Origin: Eledone cirrhosa
Lineage: Eukaryota
Assembly (NCBI GenBank): GCA_964016885.1
Contig: OZ024742.1
Coordinates: 91,140,001 to 91,204,000 of the forward strand
DNA: 64,000 nt
Direction of reading: 5' to 3'
Each line of letters opens with the position of its first letter. Positions within the stretch are counted from its first letter, which is position 1. A model generated the notes under the pieces. It was given only the letters and a program-made list of their open reading frames with translations. It did not search any database and had not been told where the DNA came from. Positions 52,570-64,000 of this stretch are shown piece after piece. A program made the translations under genes and the position numbers.

Positions 52570-55547
52570 TACTTCTCTTAGGTCAGTGTTGTTTGTTTGG
52601 GTGTTGTTGTTATTCCATTCATTCTTTCTGTTTAGTCTTGGTCTTCTAATTTCTATTTCACTGGCCTCTCTGATTTGTCTATCTGCTGGGTCATTTCTAT
52701 GTTTAGATATTATTCTAATTTCTACCATGTCTATGTTACCGTCATGTTGTTGTCTAGCATGTTCGTATAGTACTGACCCGTTTTTTCGTCCTTTTAGTTC
52801 CCCCAGTGTTGGTCTATCCTTTCACCTATGCTACGAGCTGTCTCACCTATGTATGTTGTTGTCATGTTTCTGCAAGTACCCTCTGTACATCTTATGCTAT
52901 AGACTACGTTTCTAGTTTTACAGTTTATCCGGGGGTTTACCTTACATATGATACATTTCCTATTGGTACAGTGGGTTTTCTTAAAAGGATAGGTTTTGCT
53001 GATCAGGGATTTTATGGTGGTTCCTGGCTTTTCTACCACCTTCATTTTTAAGTGGGTCTTTCTCAGGGCCTTTCTACACTGGTTAGCTAATTGCCCTCCA
53101 TGGGTAGCGTCCACAAACATGACACTCTGGTATCTCTGGTTGTCGTACCATGAGGTGGCTTTCCCTATGTTATGTCTAGCCCTATCTAAGCTACTCCATG
53201 ATTTGCTCCTGTATAATGGACAAATTCCTTTCATGTCCAGTTCTATGAGGGTCTTATACTTCTCCATGGTTCCTTCGTATACTCTGACTATGTCTCTTTG
53301 GTTGTAGCCAGAGAACTGCATGCGATTGATGAAGTGTTGGATGTGTCTTTCCATTTCTGTTGGGTCGCACATGCGGGAGACATTCTTCATCACTCGTACC
53401 AAATCTGCGATCAGAATATTAGACTTAGCACTACTGGACATTGCTGAGTTTTTGAGTATCAGGTATTTGGGGGCCATGGGTTTAGCATAGTGTGAGTAGA
53501 GAATTTGGGCTCTCTCGTCTATAGTGTTAATCCAGAATTCTGTGTCTAATACAGGTAGTCTATTGTTAGGGTGTTTGGAAGGGAAGTCGATAGTTACAGT
53601 TATACTCCGGTGTATGGAATTAGCTATCTGCTGGATGCTTTCCATTGTGCTACGTTCTAAATGAAACGTGTTAGTGCTCTCTAGTGGGGATGTTCTTATA
53701 ACTATATTGATATCGTCTACATAACGAGAGTACATGATGAGGTCTATGGAGCTCTCATTAAGGAGATCTTTAAGTCTCCTTTCCCACCATACCATGAAAA
53801 GATTGGCAACATCACCAGCTATGCTGACGCCAATGGCTGCTCCCTTTATTTTGGGTGTAGATCTTCTCGTTGAACTTAAATATGTGGCCCTTTAGGGTAG
53901 TTTTGATACTAGCTCCTATTGCATGTGCGACCATTTTTCTTACCTGATCATTGTTTTGGGGGGTCCGTATAGCTTTGGTCCACCCAACCCACCTTCCCAT
54001 GGGAGTCTTTTTTGCCATTGAGGTTATGGTGGGGGGGCCTACCTCTTATGGGTCTACTAGGGCAGAAACGTCTAAGGTCATGGCTGTCTAGGTAGTCAGT
54101 GTCGTGGGTAAGTCTAAGTAGGAGGCCCAGTTCGTCTGTGTCGACGTCGCAGAACTCCACCTCACTCTCAATGATCATCTCCACACATCTTTTCACAGCA
54201 AAATCAATGTTAATGGATGGGTACAGTGACACCACATCCATGCTGCCTATTATGCAGTTGGATAGGTTCCTGTTTTTGTTGCACTCACTGATTCTGCTGA
54301 GGAGGTCCTCTATACTGTCACATACATCTGGGGACATCTTGATTATGGGGTGTATAACCATTGAGAGGAAGTAGGAGATCCTGTAGTTACTAGCTATATT
54401 AGCTCCGCATACGGGTCTTGTTGGTGGTCCTGTTGTCGGGTCGTCGACTGTCTTGTGGTCTTTGCGGAGCCCATACAAGGGTGGTACGCCATTGTTAGAC
54501 GCCTGGAAGTTGTTGGCAGTGCGTCGGCTTGGCTTTAGGATGTCAGTCCACATCATCATGTGAGCGTTGAGGATTTTCTCTCTCCCATCGTGTGTTTGTT
54601 GTGCAATTTCGCTCGTGCTGGTGATGTGGGGTTGCATAGCCTTGATGTAGTTCGGCATGCTATCTATTGACATCCTACCAGACTTATCCGTGGGTAGACA
54701 TACTACCTCACCATCCCTTGTGCGCTGCTTGAGGCTAACCAAGCCTTCTAAAGGTTTCCTCCCAAGTTGTTGGGCCTCTGGTCTGCTCTGTCTCTTAGTA
54801 TACCTGTCTACTATTTGTCTAATCTTATTTCTAGCTATGGTGAACTGTGCCTCTGTCTCGTCATCTATTTGTTGTGGTATGCAAACTCTTTTATTAAAGG
54901 GTAACCTCGTAGGATATATATTACCCATCTTATATGTTTTGTCAGCTGGGTTGAAAATAGTTTCTCTAAAGGGTTGTCATTATATCTATCGTCATAGTTG
55001 TGTGTGTTGCTATTATTGTTATCATGGTGGTTGTTGTTGTTCCTATCATTAGCATTATTATTATTGTTATGATTGCTAGATGTATTGTTGTTTACTCCAC
55101 CGTTATTGTTGTTGTTACTGTTATTTCTACCATTGTGGTTGTTACTTTTATTATGTTTCTTGTTTTTGTTGTGTCTATCATTGATGTTGCTACATGTACA
55201 ATTTCCATTATTACCACTGTGGTTATTGTTGTCGTTGTTCATATTGTTACCGTTATTACTACTGTGGTCGCTGCTGCTGTGTCTGTGGTTAATGTTTCTA
55301 TTATTATTATTATTGTGGTTGCTGTTGTTCTGTCTATCGTTAGTATCATTACCATTATTTCTATTTCTCACTTTCCTGCTATTGTTATTGTTATGGCTGT
55401 TATTTCTATACTCAGAGTTATTGTTTAGCTACCGTTATTGTTAAGCTACCGTTATTATTGTTGTTGTTGTTGTTTACCTTTGAATTTCAACGTATTTTTG
55501 TGAAACACTTTTCCAGCTCCGTTTTGCACTCCATAGGGTTAATTTTT

Positions 55548-55548
<1 letters not shown>
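52570..55548 (-). pseudogene. Near-complete Penelope-like element ORF: Asn-rich N-terminal region, RT, Cys linker, GIY-YIG; a few frameshifts and stops
   Basis: PTDKSGRM, LYGLRKDHK, GPPTRPVC, GSMDVVSLYPSI, RYVDD, LPVLD, HYAKPMA, MQFSGY, C...CIIC...CKTRNVVYSIRC...YIGETARSIGER..QH...RQIREA...LNRKNEW. Confidence 0.92.
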
Positions 55549-55608
<60 letters not shown>

Positions 55609-55639
55609 GTATATATATATATAGTGTATATGTATATAC

Positions 55640-55978
55640 ATGAATGAACACCTTTACATAGGAGCCACATCAACGAGCTTTAAAGACCTATGGTATAACC
55701 ATCACCATTCTTTTAATAGGGAGGACAAAAGGAAACGTACGGCTCTTTCCGAACTGATCTGGAAGCTCAAGCTGGACAGGACGCCGTACTCTCTGGCCTG
55801 GTCCAAAATCAGGAACGTACTACCTGATAAAGGGGGATCTGGCATCTGCAAACTATGTCTGAGAGAGACCCTCGAAATATTCAGTGGTGGAAGGAGCATA
55901 ATAAACCTCAGGACTGACTTCATCGGGACATGTAGACACCTCAGAGCCGGGACCTTCCTCAAGCTATATGGACAGTAG
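55640..55978 (+). pseudogene. Naiad-like PLE GIY-YIG C-terminal half, 5'-truncated at (TA)n
   Basis: YIGATSTSFKDLWYNH..SF...TALSELIWKLK...W...CKLCLRE...IN.RTD...CRH. Confidence 0.8.
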
Positions 55979-56051
55979 CCCCGCCACACCGAGCCCACGG
56001 TAAACCACCCCCTACACAATCACCACCCGTACCCCTGCCTCGATCGACTCC

Positions 56052-56151
56052 TATGGCAACACATACTTATGCATATGTTCATACATAGATACTGTTGTTT
56101 AAGATTGTGCATACATTGATACTTACATGTGTGTGTGTGTGTGCATGTGTA

Positions 56152-56193
<42 letters not shown>

Positions 56194-56297
56194 TACACAT
56201 GCACACACACACACACACACATGTAAGTATCAATGTATGCACAATCTTAAACAACAGTATCTATGTATGGACATATGCATAAGTATGTGTTGCCATA
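56052..56297. repeat. ~245-bp near-perfect palindrome centred on (TA)n
   Basis: tatggcaacacatac...acttacatgtgtg..(TA)n..cacacatgtaagt...gtatgtgttgccata. Confidence 0.92.
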
Positions 56298-57173
56298 TAT
56301 ATATATATATATATATATGGGTGTGTGTGTATGTGTATAATGCGTGTGTGTGTGTGTGTATGTATGCATATGGGATGCACCTGAGCCTGTGTTTGTGCGT
56401 GTGTGCTTGCAACGATATGCGTTGAGATAGACGCATATGTACTGTATGCCGAAATAGGAACTGTAGTCCTCTGCATTTCCGGATTTTGACACTCGGGTTC
56501 TGGTATTTTACACTTCCACTTGTCTTATTTGTTCTTAAAACGAACCACCACATCATAGTGTAAAGATTATCATCCTTTGCACTTCTCGATTCTGACACAC
56601 AGCCTTTCTACTTCAGTCAATATTTTCCAAATCTTTCAAACTTTGATATTGGTTATAACACACACGCATTTTATTTTATCTTATTCTTTTATTTTTTTAT
56701 TTCTTCATTTTATTTTATTTTATTTTATTTTTTCTTCATTTTATTTTATCTTATTTTTTATCTGTTTGGCACCCCCCACCACGTGAAGTGGTGGCAGGAT
56801 AGATGCTAACCCCCCCCCACACACACACACACACAAATTCTTCTGAACATAGCAGCAGCGAACCAAAGCTGACCCCCTAACACCAACACCACTACCAACA
56901 CAATGGAGGAGGTCAGCTGTACTTAACAAAAACAACTACAACAGATTGTCTTGCCTTAGAAAAATTTCTATGGACTTTTGACTGAGGAATTTTCTCACAA
57001 CTGACCAATGGGAGGAGAGAGTGTCCTATGACGCCTAAATTCGTTTGTTCGAATTCATATGATTCCAGTTCCTCAGAGAAATAACAACCCAACCAGGAGC
57101 TGGACATATCGGAGTATTGACTGAGTAAAACACTTCAACAACATGTGTACCTGTCTCTACCACACCAATTCGG

Positions 57174-57228
57174 ACTACCTGAAGAGGTCACAGCCAATGA
57201 TGGCTGTCACCGAAATATATATAGCAGT
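57174..57228 (+). ncRNA. Hammerhead ribozyme in the 3' region of the Naiad-like PLE
   Basis: actac-CTGAAGA-ggtcacagcca(atga)tggctgtcacc-GAAA-tatata-TA-gcagt. Confidence 0.82.
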
Positions 57229-57381
57229 ACATCTTTAATAAACGAAGCCAAATTTTAAATATTTGACTTAATTATTTTACATTACTCCGGAGTAACCAAA
57301 CCAACCTGCGTATTTCGTCGAGTGCTCCAATCTGCATAGTGAGGTGTCGTTAAACAACCAACATATACTCAAAATATATAA

Positions 57382-57442
<61 letters not shown>

Positions 57443-57470
57443 AATGTATATATATATGTGTATATAAATG

Positions 57471-57542
<72 letters not shown>

Positions 57543-57547
<5 letters not shown>

Positions 57548-58422
57548 TATGAAGAGAGAAGAAACATTTAGATATAATTAGTAATAAAATGTATCATACC
57601 TAAACTGCTCCTAGATTCCTCGACTACGTAGTTTCGTGGCATAAACAAAAACAATACATCATAAAGATATAGAGTCCTTGCGAGGTCTGCCGACTTATCA
57701 AGAGGATACCTCATTTTATTAGTCTCAAGAACGCGTCTACACGACGTGAGAAAGAATCCCAAAAGGCGGAGGGGGAGATAGTCACGCGATATAACGGTCG
57801 AGAAACAGAGCTAAGCCTCTTATAACCCCGAAGAAAATACCACGGAGGCGGAGGGGGTATTTATATCGAAGCCGCAGAAGAGGTGGTGAAGGAGGCAAGA
57901 AGTATGAGTAATGGAAGCTTTCCAGCAGTCCCCACACTTCAAAGATTGCTCGACCAGAGGGAGTTATTAACAATATATTTTGAAACACACAGATACATGC
58001 GGAAACACACATATACATGAATGCATCCGCACCCAACCGTGAGTTAAGGGTGCCAACTTCACCGATGTTGCTCAATGAATGACTGGGACAGACCAATCCG
58101 GTTGAACTAGACTGAACCAGTATCAGAGTTAAAAATACATTATGAAGAGAGAAGAAACATTTAGATATAATTAGTAATAAAATGTATCATACCTAAACTG
58201 CTCCTAGATTCCTCGACTACGTAGTTTCGTGGCATAAACAAAAACAATACATCATAAAGATATAGAGTCCTTGCGAGGTCTGCCGACTTATCAAGAGGAT
58301 ACCTCATTTTACTAGGCTCAAGAACGCGTCTACACGAAGTGAGAAAGAATCCCAAAAGGCGGAGGGGGAGATAGTCACGCGATATAACGGTCGGGAAACA
58401 GAGCTAAGCCTCTTATAACCCC

Positions 58423-58425
<3 letters not shown>
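57543..58425 (-). mobile_element. Retrozyme-like unit: two ~290-bp direct repeats (offset 593), each with a U3-A8 HHR, bounded by (TA)n
   Basis: HHRs at 57617-57706 and 58210-58299: tcctc-TTGATAA-gtcggca(~46 nt)tgccac-GAAA-ctacgtag-TC-gagga. Confidence 0.8.
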
Positions 58426-58486
<61 letters not shown>

Positions 58487-58610
58487 GTATATATATATAT
58501 ATGTATGTATGTATATAAATGTATATATATGTATGTATGTATATAAATGTATATATATATATATGTATATAAATGTGTATATATATATGTATATATATAT
58601 ATGTATATAA

Positions 58611-58641
<31 letters not shown>

Positions 58642-58713
58642 AATATGTATATATAATATTGAAAGACTGAAGAATAACATGGTCAACAGTACAACAAAGG
58701 GTTTTATTTACAG

Positions 58714-58817
58714 TCTAACAATTGTTTCACTGATTAAGTTGTCTAAATATTGCTGAACACTTGAAGCTGTACCACTCAATTTTAAATACATTGTTAGCTA
58801 AACCAGATCATCAGAGA
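58714..58817 (-). ncRNA. Hammerhead ribozyme with expanded stem II loop
   Basis: tct-CTGATGA-t-ctggtttag(~60 nt)cttaatcag-t-GAAA-caattg-TT-aga; palindromic AACAATTGTT. Confidence 0.65.
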
Positions 58818-59239
58818 AACTGGTAAAATATGTTCAGTTTTCACAAATTCAAATTACCAAATTACAACATCATTAATAAAAATAGAGAGAGAAAAAAGAA
58901 AGAGAGATAGAGAGAAAAAAAGAAAAAGGAGAAAAGGAAAAAAGAGAAGGATAAAAAAAAATATATATATATATATGTATATATATATGTATATATATAT
59001 ATATTTATGATTATATAGATATGTATATATATATATTTATGATTATATAAATATGTATATATATATATATTTATGATTATCTATATATCTCTAGGGCGGG
59101 TAAAATTCCCGAGATTCATGGACGAGTTCTCTCCAGCGATCTCTGTCCCTCATTATCAATGCCATGTCCTGCGTCTCCAACAGACCAGTGTCTGTCCTTA
59201 GGGCATCAACATACGTTAACATGTATATATATATTTATG

Positions 59240-59349
<110 letters not shown>

Positions 59350-59353
59350 ATTA

Positions 59354-59672
59354 TGAATATATAAGTAAATGGAAACTATATTTATAAAACCATATTTATT
59401 CTATTATATATATTTCAAGGGTACCAAAACGTTTGGATAGTCAAACGGAACCTGAACTGTTAAGGTCTGACTCCTGGGTATGTCACTATTTATAAAACAA
59501 ATTTTTATCTGATGAGAGCGTACCAACGTTTTGGTACCCTTGAAATATATATAATAGAATAAATATGGTTTTATAAATAGAGTTTCCATTTATTAATATC
59601 ATACTCCAGAAAACTGTCGAGTGCTTCGAATCTGTTATAAATATATTTGTGGAATTACCAACAAATTAAATA
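59354..59672 (+). mobile_element. PLE 3' pLTR with 5' inverted copy and intact HHR at 59503-59559
   Basis: ~59366-59437 inverted versus 59522-59592; ttttat-CTGATGA-gagcgtacca(acgttt)tggtaccctt-GAAA-tatata-TA-atagaa. Confidence 0.85.
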
Positions 59673-59689
59673 TATATACATATATATAT

Positions 59690-59876
59690 AATTGTTTCTA
59701 CGTTAGGCACAAGGTCAGCAAATACCCTGTACATTACTGGTACTTTATTTTATCCCCGTAAGGATGAAAGGCAAAGTCAACCTCGGCGGGATTTGAACTC
59801 AGATCATAAAGGGACGTAACTCTTTGCTTCAAAGCATGGTATCCGACTCTCTACCGATACTGCCAATCAACCGCCC
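59690..59876 (-). mobile_element. SINE with TSD atacatatatatataat
   Basis: Consensus match. Confidence 0.9.
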
Positions 59877-60090
59877 ATACATATATATATAATCATACAT
59901 ATATACACACATATATATACATAAATATATATATATATATATATATATACATAAATATATATATACATATATATATATATACACACATTTTTAATCATAC
60001 ATATATACACACATATATATACATAAATGTATATATATACATATATATATACGTAAATATATATATATACATATATATATGTATAAATAC

Positions 60091-60185
<95 letters not shown>

Positions 60186-61039
60186 AATATATATATAAAT
60201 ACATATATTTATATATAAATATAAATATATATATATAAATAAATACATATATACACACACACATTCACACACACCCACACACGCAGACACACACATATAT
60301 ATGAATGTACATATAAGTAAACATTATTTACATATATATTATATATAATGAATAGATGCTGGTGCGTATATACACACACACAGCGAGTCACTCACTACCA
60401 TTTGGCTGCAGTGGTTTACTCGTTTAAACCAACCTGCATTCATGCTAGGCTGAACGTCTGATTACTGAATTTAGAATTCAGTGAAACAGAAGATTCAAGC
60501 TGTCGACTAGCCATTTGGATTGAGAGAATAACATGAGAGAACACCCTTCACCAATATGTCGACAACATGTCAGCCGTCGCTTTATACAACAATATAACAA
60601 TGTCTTACATAAGTAAACGTAACTTCGGCTTTCTTATTGAGTGAAGGACTTACAGAAGATAATACCTGCTAGAACGTTCTACGACAGTTTACTCTTTCAA
60701 CTTTTCTTACAGGAATTTGTTATTATTACGTGTGTATTTATGTGATTTTCTTTCTTGGAATTTTTTTATTTTTCTTTTCTTTATTTGTTTGCATTTATCC
60801 TTATCGAAATTTCTATGACGACCGATAACGAACAATTACGAGATGTGACGAGTGATGGCGAAATATAACGGAATAAAGGACACAAAATTTTGATGGACTA
60901 CGGCAGAGAAATTAAACAGCTTCTGTTTATCTATATGTAGAGGATACTTGATCGGCGATTTTGCACTGTTTTTGACAAGCAAGGCATGACATGTAATGCG
61001 TTTCTCTTAGTATAATACTTTTTGTCAGCTGAACAAACC

Positions 61040-61107
<68 letters not shown>

Positions 61108-61649
61108 AGACGTACAAGTATGAAATAATGTTATTGTTGCTGTTCACATGTTAATGCAAGGTTTTAACTACTAACGGGGGTAAAGAAAATCGGGACTAGA
61201 AATTTTACAAATATTTATTAAGTTGGCTAACATCAGTGAGTTCAAGACAGGCGGCCGAGGTGGGATACAAGAACACAAGAAATATACATGTGCGAGAGTA
61301 CATATATATCGAAACGAGCACAACGAAGGAAAACCATAAAACTCAGACATACGGAAAACAATACTCGCCTCTTTAGTTACCGATTGTACGTTACGTAGTA
61401 TCCGGTTTCGATACATACGGTGAGACCAGACTTCTAGCAGTATCAGTAACCTATAAGGTTCTAGATCCTAACGAATACACAAAATGAAACAATACACTGT
61501 CAAGAAAAGACAAGTTACCTCCTATAATATCTATATTATTTGTGTGTATATTTTCGTTCTGTAAGAATTATAAACAATTTGCAATATATGCATCCTTCAG
61601 CTATTATCATCATACTTCAGTAAATGAAATTAAATCAAATCCACACGCA

Positions 61650-62015
61650 ACCACCATAATTTAAATTTAAGGGTCAGTCCGTATCGTGGTCCCAGCCGAC
61701 AGAATGGGGAAGACATTGCCCCTGAAAACAGCGTGGGAGACGCCCTGGAACAGCCACTCCTGCGGGCAGCCAACTCAATTCCGATAACAGTGAGCAGGGG
61801 TGTGGTCCGGAGGCCGAGAACGCTGGAAGTCTCAACAACAACAGGCTCAACCACAAATCTATCAGAGAGGAGCTGATATTTTGACAGTTTGCCCTCTTCG
61901 GCTTTTTCAAAATCCAGCAAAAAGCAAGGAAACACTCTCCTGGTGATGGCCAGAACCAAAAATGCGTTGCCAGTTGTCCCCTGCTGCCTCTGCTGGAATC
62001 CGCTAGACGGCGATA
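61650..62015 (-). pseudogene. CRE-clade RLE domain 3' fragment
   Basis: KAEEGKLSKYQLLSDRFVVEPVVVETSSVLG...LL.VIG; frameshifted EWLFQGVSHAVFRGNV. Confidence 0.75.
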
Positions 62016-62129
62016 TCCGTCAGCTTTTCAATGGTCATAGTAGAAGGCTTTCAAATGTTTATTCGTAAACATATTGTATATCATTAGATATACGGAATTC
62101 ACATACTTATAAATACATAAGTATAAAGG

Positions 62130-62168
62130 ATAGGTGGTTTTACGCTCAAGCGGCGTAAAACCACTTAT
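62130..62168. repeat. 16-bp hairpin of unknown origin
   Basis: ataggtggttttacgc(tcaagcg)gcgtaaaaccacttat. Confidence 0.8.
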
Positions 62169-63879
62169 ATTTTTGCTATTCAAAACACGTTGTAGCTTTA
62201 CTACGAATTATGCGTCTGTATGTTTTGTCTGACATAAGCATTATGTCTGACATAAGCATATAAATAATTACTAAATGAAGATGTAATAATAATTAGAGCT
62301 GGTGTAAGAAATACAAATTAACTAAAATACAAAATCTATTATTAGAATATGAAATAATTTAATTACAAAATCTATTTCTATTTGAGAAAATAAGTGCATA
62401 GCATCCCTGCATAGCATTAATGCAGAGGAAATAGTTTCAAATTTGTAAAATATGTTACAAGTACATGCAACATAACTATTAATAAATTCTTAAATGTAAA
62501 AAGTAAATCACAAGAATATTTGGTGGAGCCATTGATGCACGCACAAATGTACAGCGTTTTATTTTATTTTGATAAATCATAGAAAAAGTTACATTTCATT
62601 CTGTATTTACATATACGTACACACACATATATACGCGTGTGTAGGTGTGTGTGTGTGTATGTATGTTGCAAAGCCGGGTACTTTTGTATAATTAACACCT
62701 GTCACCCCTTACTTCTAGTGTTTCTTTCTACGTTCTTATGTAAGCAAAAGGCATACATTAGGAATGAGTTAAACCATCGTTGTAAGCGATCCCAGTAAAT
62801 GGTAGGTGCTTTATTTTATCTATGCTGGACTGATGAAAGACATCGTTAACATTTGGAGCACTTGGTCTATTCTTACGTATATTTATATACTTAATATTAA
62901 ACACAGCAAAGCGATTAGAGAAAAAAGTAACGGTATAACATTTTTCTAAATTTGCTAAAAGTGGTAAAAAAACTCTTAGTAGAGCTGGACAGCAGAATGT
63001 CTTCAGAGAAGAAACTCCGCTCAAGCATGTGTTTCGGCTCTTATAAAATATCATAGATAGGTTATTGACATTATTATACAGAGCGAACTTTGGAGCAAGG
63101 TTTAGAACCGTAGTTTCGAATGTTATAATCATTGTTTGTTTACGTTTTTCTTTTTGTATATATTTAATGATCATTATCGAATGCAACAGGTGTTTTATAG
63201 GCGAGAAAGAAAACATGTAAATGACTTAGGCTATTGGAAGTTGAAAAGAGGTAATCTTCTCGTGGACGTGTCAACCTAGCTTTTTTTTTGTCTCTCTTCG
63301 TTGTAGCTACATCATAGTGACACGGTTGATTGATTGCTTTTGGTGCGCTTTTCGTGACTTGTTCTCCCATTGTGTAAAGGTTGATGTATGTCGGTTTAGC
63401 ACTGAGTTTACAAAACGTTTCAATTCATATTATTATTATTATTATTATTTCATTACTGATATTTTCAAAGGATACCCTTTCAGTCCTCTACATACATATG
63501 TGCCTCCAAATTACTTGTCAATCCTCAGTTAAACTCGGCAAGCTACCATCACTAATTAGGTAAGTACGACGAAGGGCAATTTATGCTAAGCTGAGGCTGT
63601 ATAATAAAATGAAAACATGTACAATGTTGCATCTCATACTTTAATTGATTAAAACAATATTAGTAATTGAGCTAATGAAGCTTTTTCTTTATTTTTCCTT
63701 AATTTCTTTATGCCCCCTGCATTAAACCAGTTAATACTAACTTAACCATTGTTTTAATGTCTCTAAGTAAACTCCACAACATAGAATGTTCACTACACAC
63801 TAGCTCAATCCCTACCATGCTTATTCACCCTACATACTTTTAGTTCGGTTCAGGATAGATGAATACTTGTCTAAGAAGG

Positions 63880-63977
63880 ATGTTTAATCTAGGCAGAAGG
63901 CCAGAAACTTGTGTGGAGGTGTACGTTGATTATATCCGATGTTCAAACGTTCTACCATCATTGCCAATCCACCGCCT
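63880..63977 (-). mobile_element. Internally deleted SINE remnant
   Basis: Minus strand ggcggtggattggcaatg head joined to tctggcctt.tgcctag tail. Confidence 0.55.
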
Positions 63978-64000
63978 AAACTTGTCTTATAATTATGATA

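Noticed and set aside
62758-63563. 152-aa and neighbouring ORFs as a host exon or Helitron
   Set aside because: No recognisable motifs, splice structure or clear Helitron terminus

Overview
AT-rich, microsatellite-saturated eukaryotic DNA. The dominant tRNA-derived/Meta-domain SINE and the repeat landscape point to an octopus (coleoid cephalopod) genome; this is an inference. No host exon, rRNA, true tRNA or CRISPR array can be supported. The window is mostly retroelements. It holds a full-length but frameshifted Tx1/L1-clade element inserted in an (ATT)n tract (17.7-22.8 kb), two CR1-type LINEs, R4/Dong-type and CRE-type RLE fragments, RTE fragments, about 20 SINE copies, a mariner-type MITE and at least three distinct Penelope-like element (PLE) lineages. 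The most striking hidden signal is about 12 minimal type-I hammerhead ribozyme (HHR) motifs in PLE-type 3' ends. Two unrelated families carry the compensatory U3-A8 core variant (UUGANAA instead of CUGANGA), and one of them forms a 593-nt retrozyme-like direct-repeat unit. Other signals are an E2F+E-box module with fixed spacing next to one HHR, a shared TYGAGTRCT motif near the (TA)n junction of dissimilar PLE ends, and repeated (TA)n-anchored fold-back duplications. All structures were read by eye; boundaries of degenerate elements are approximate.
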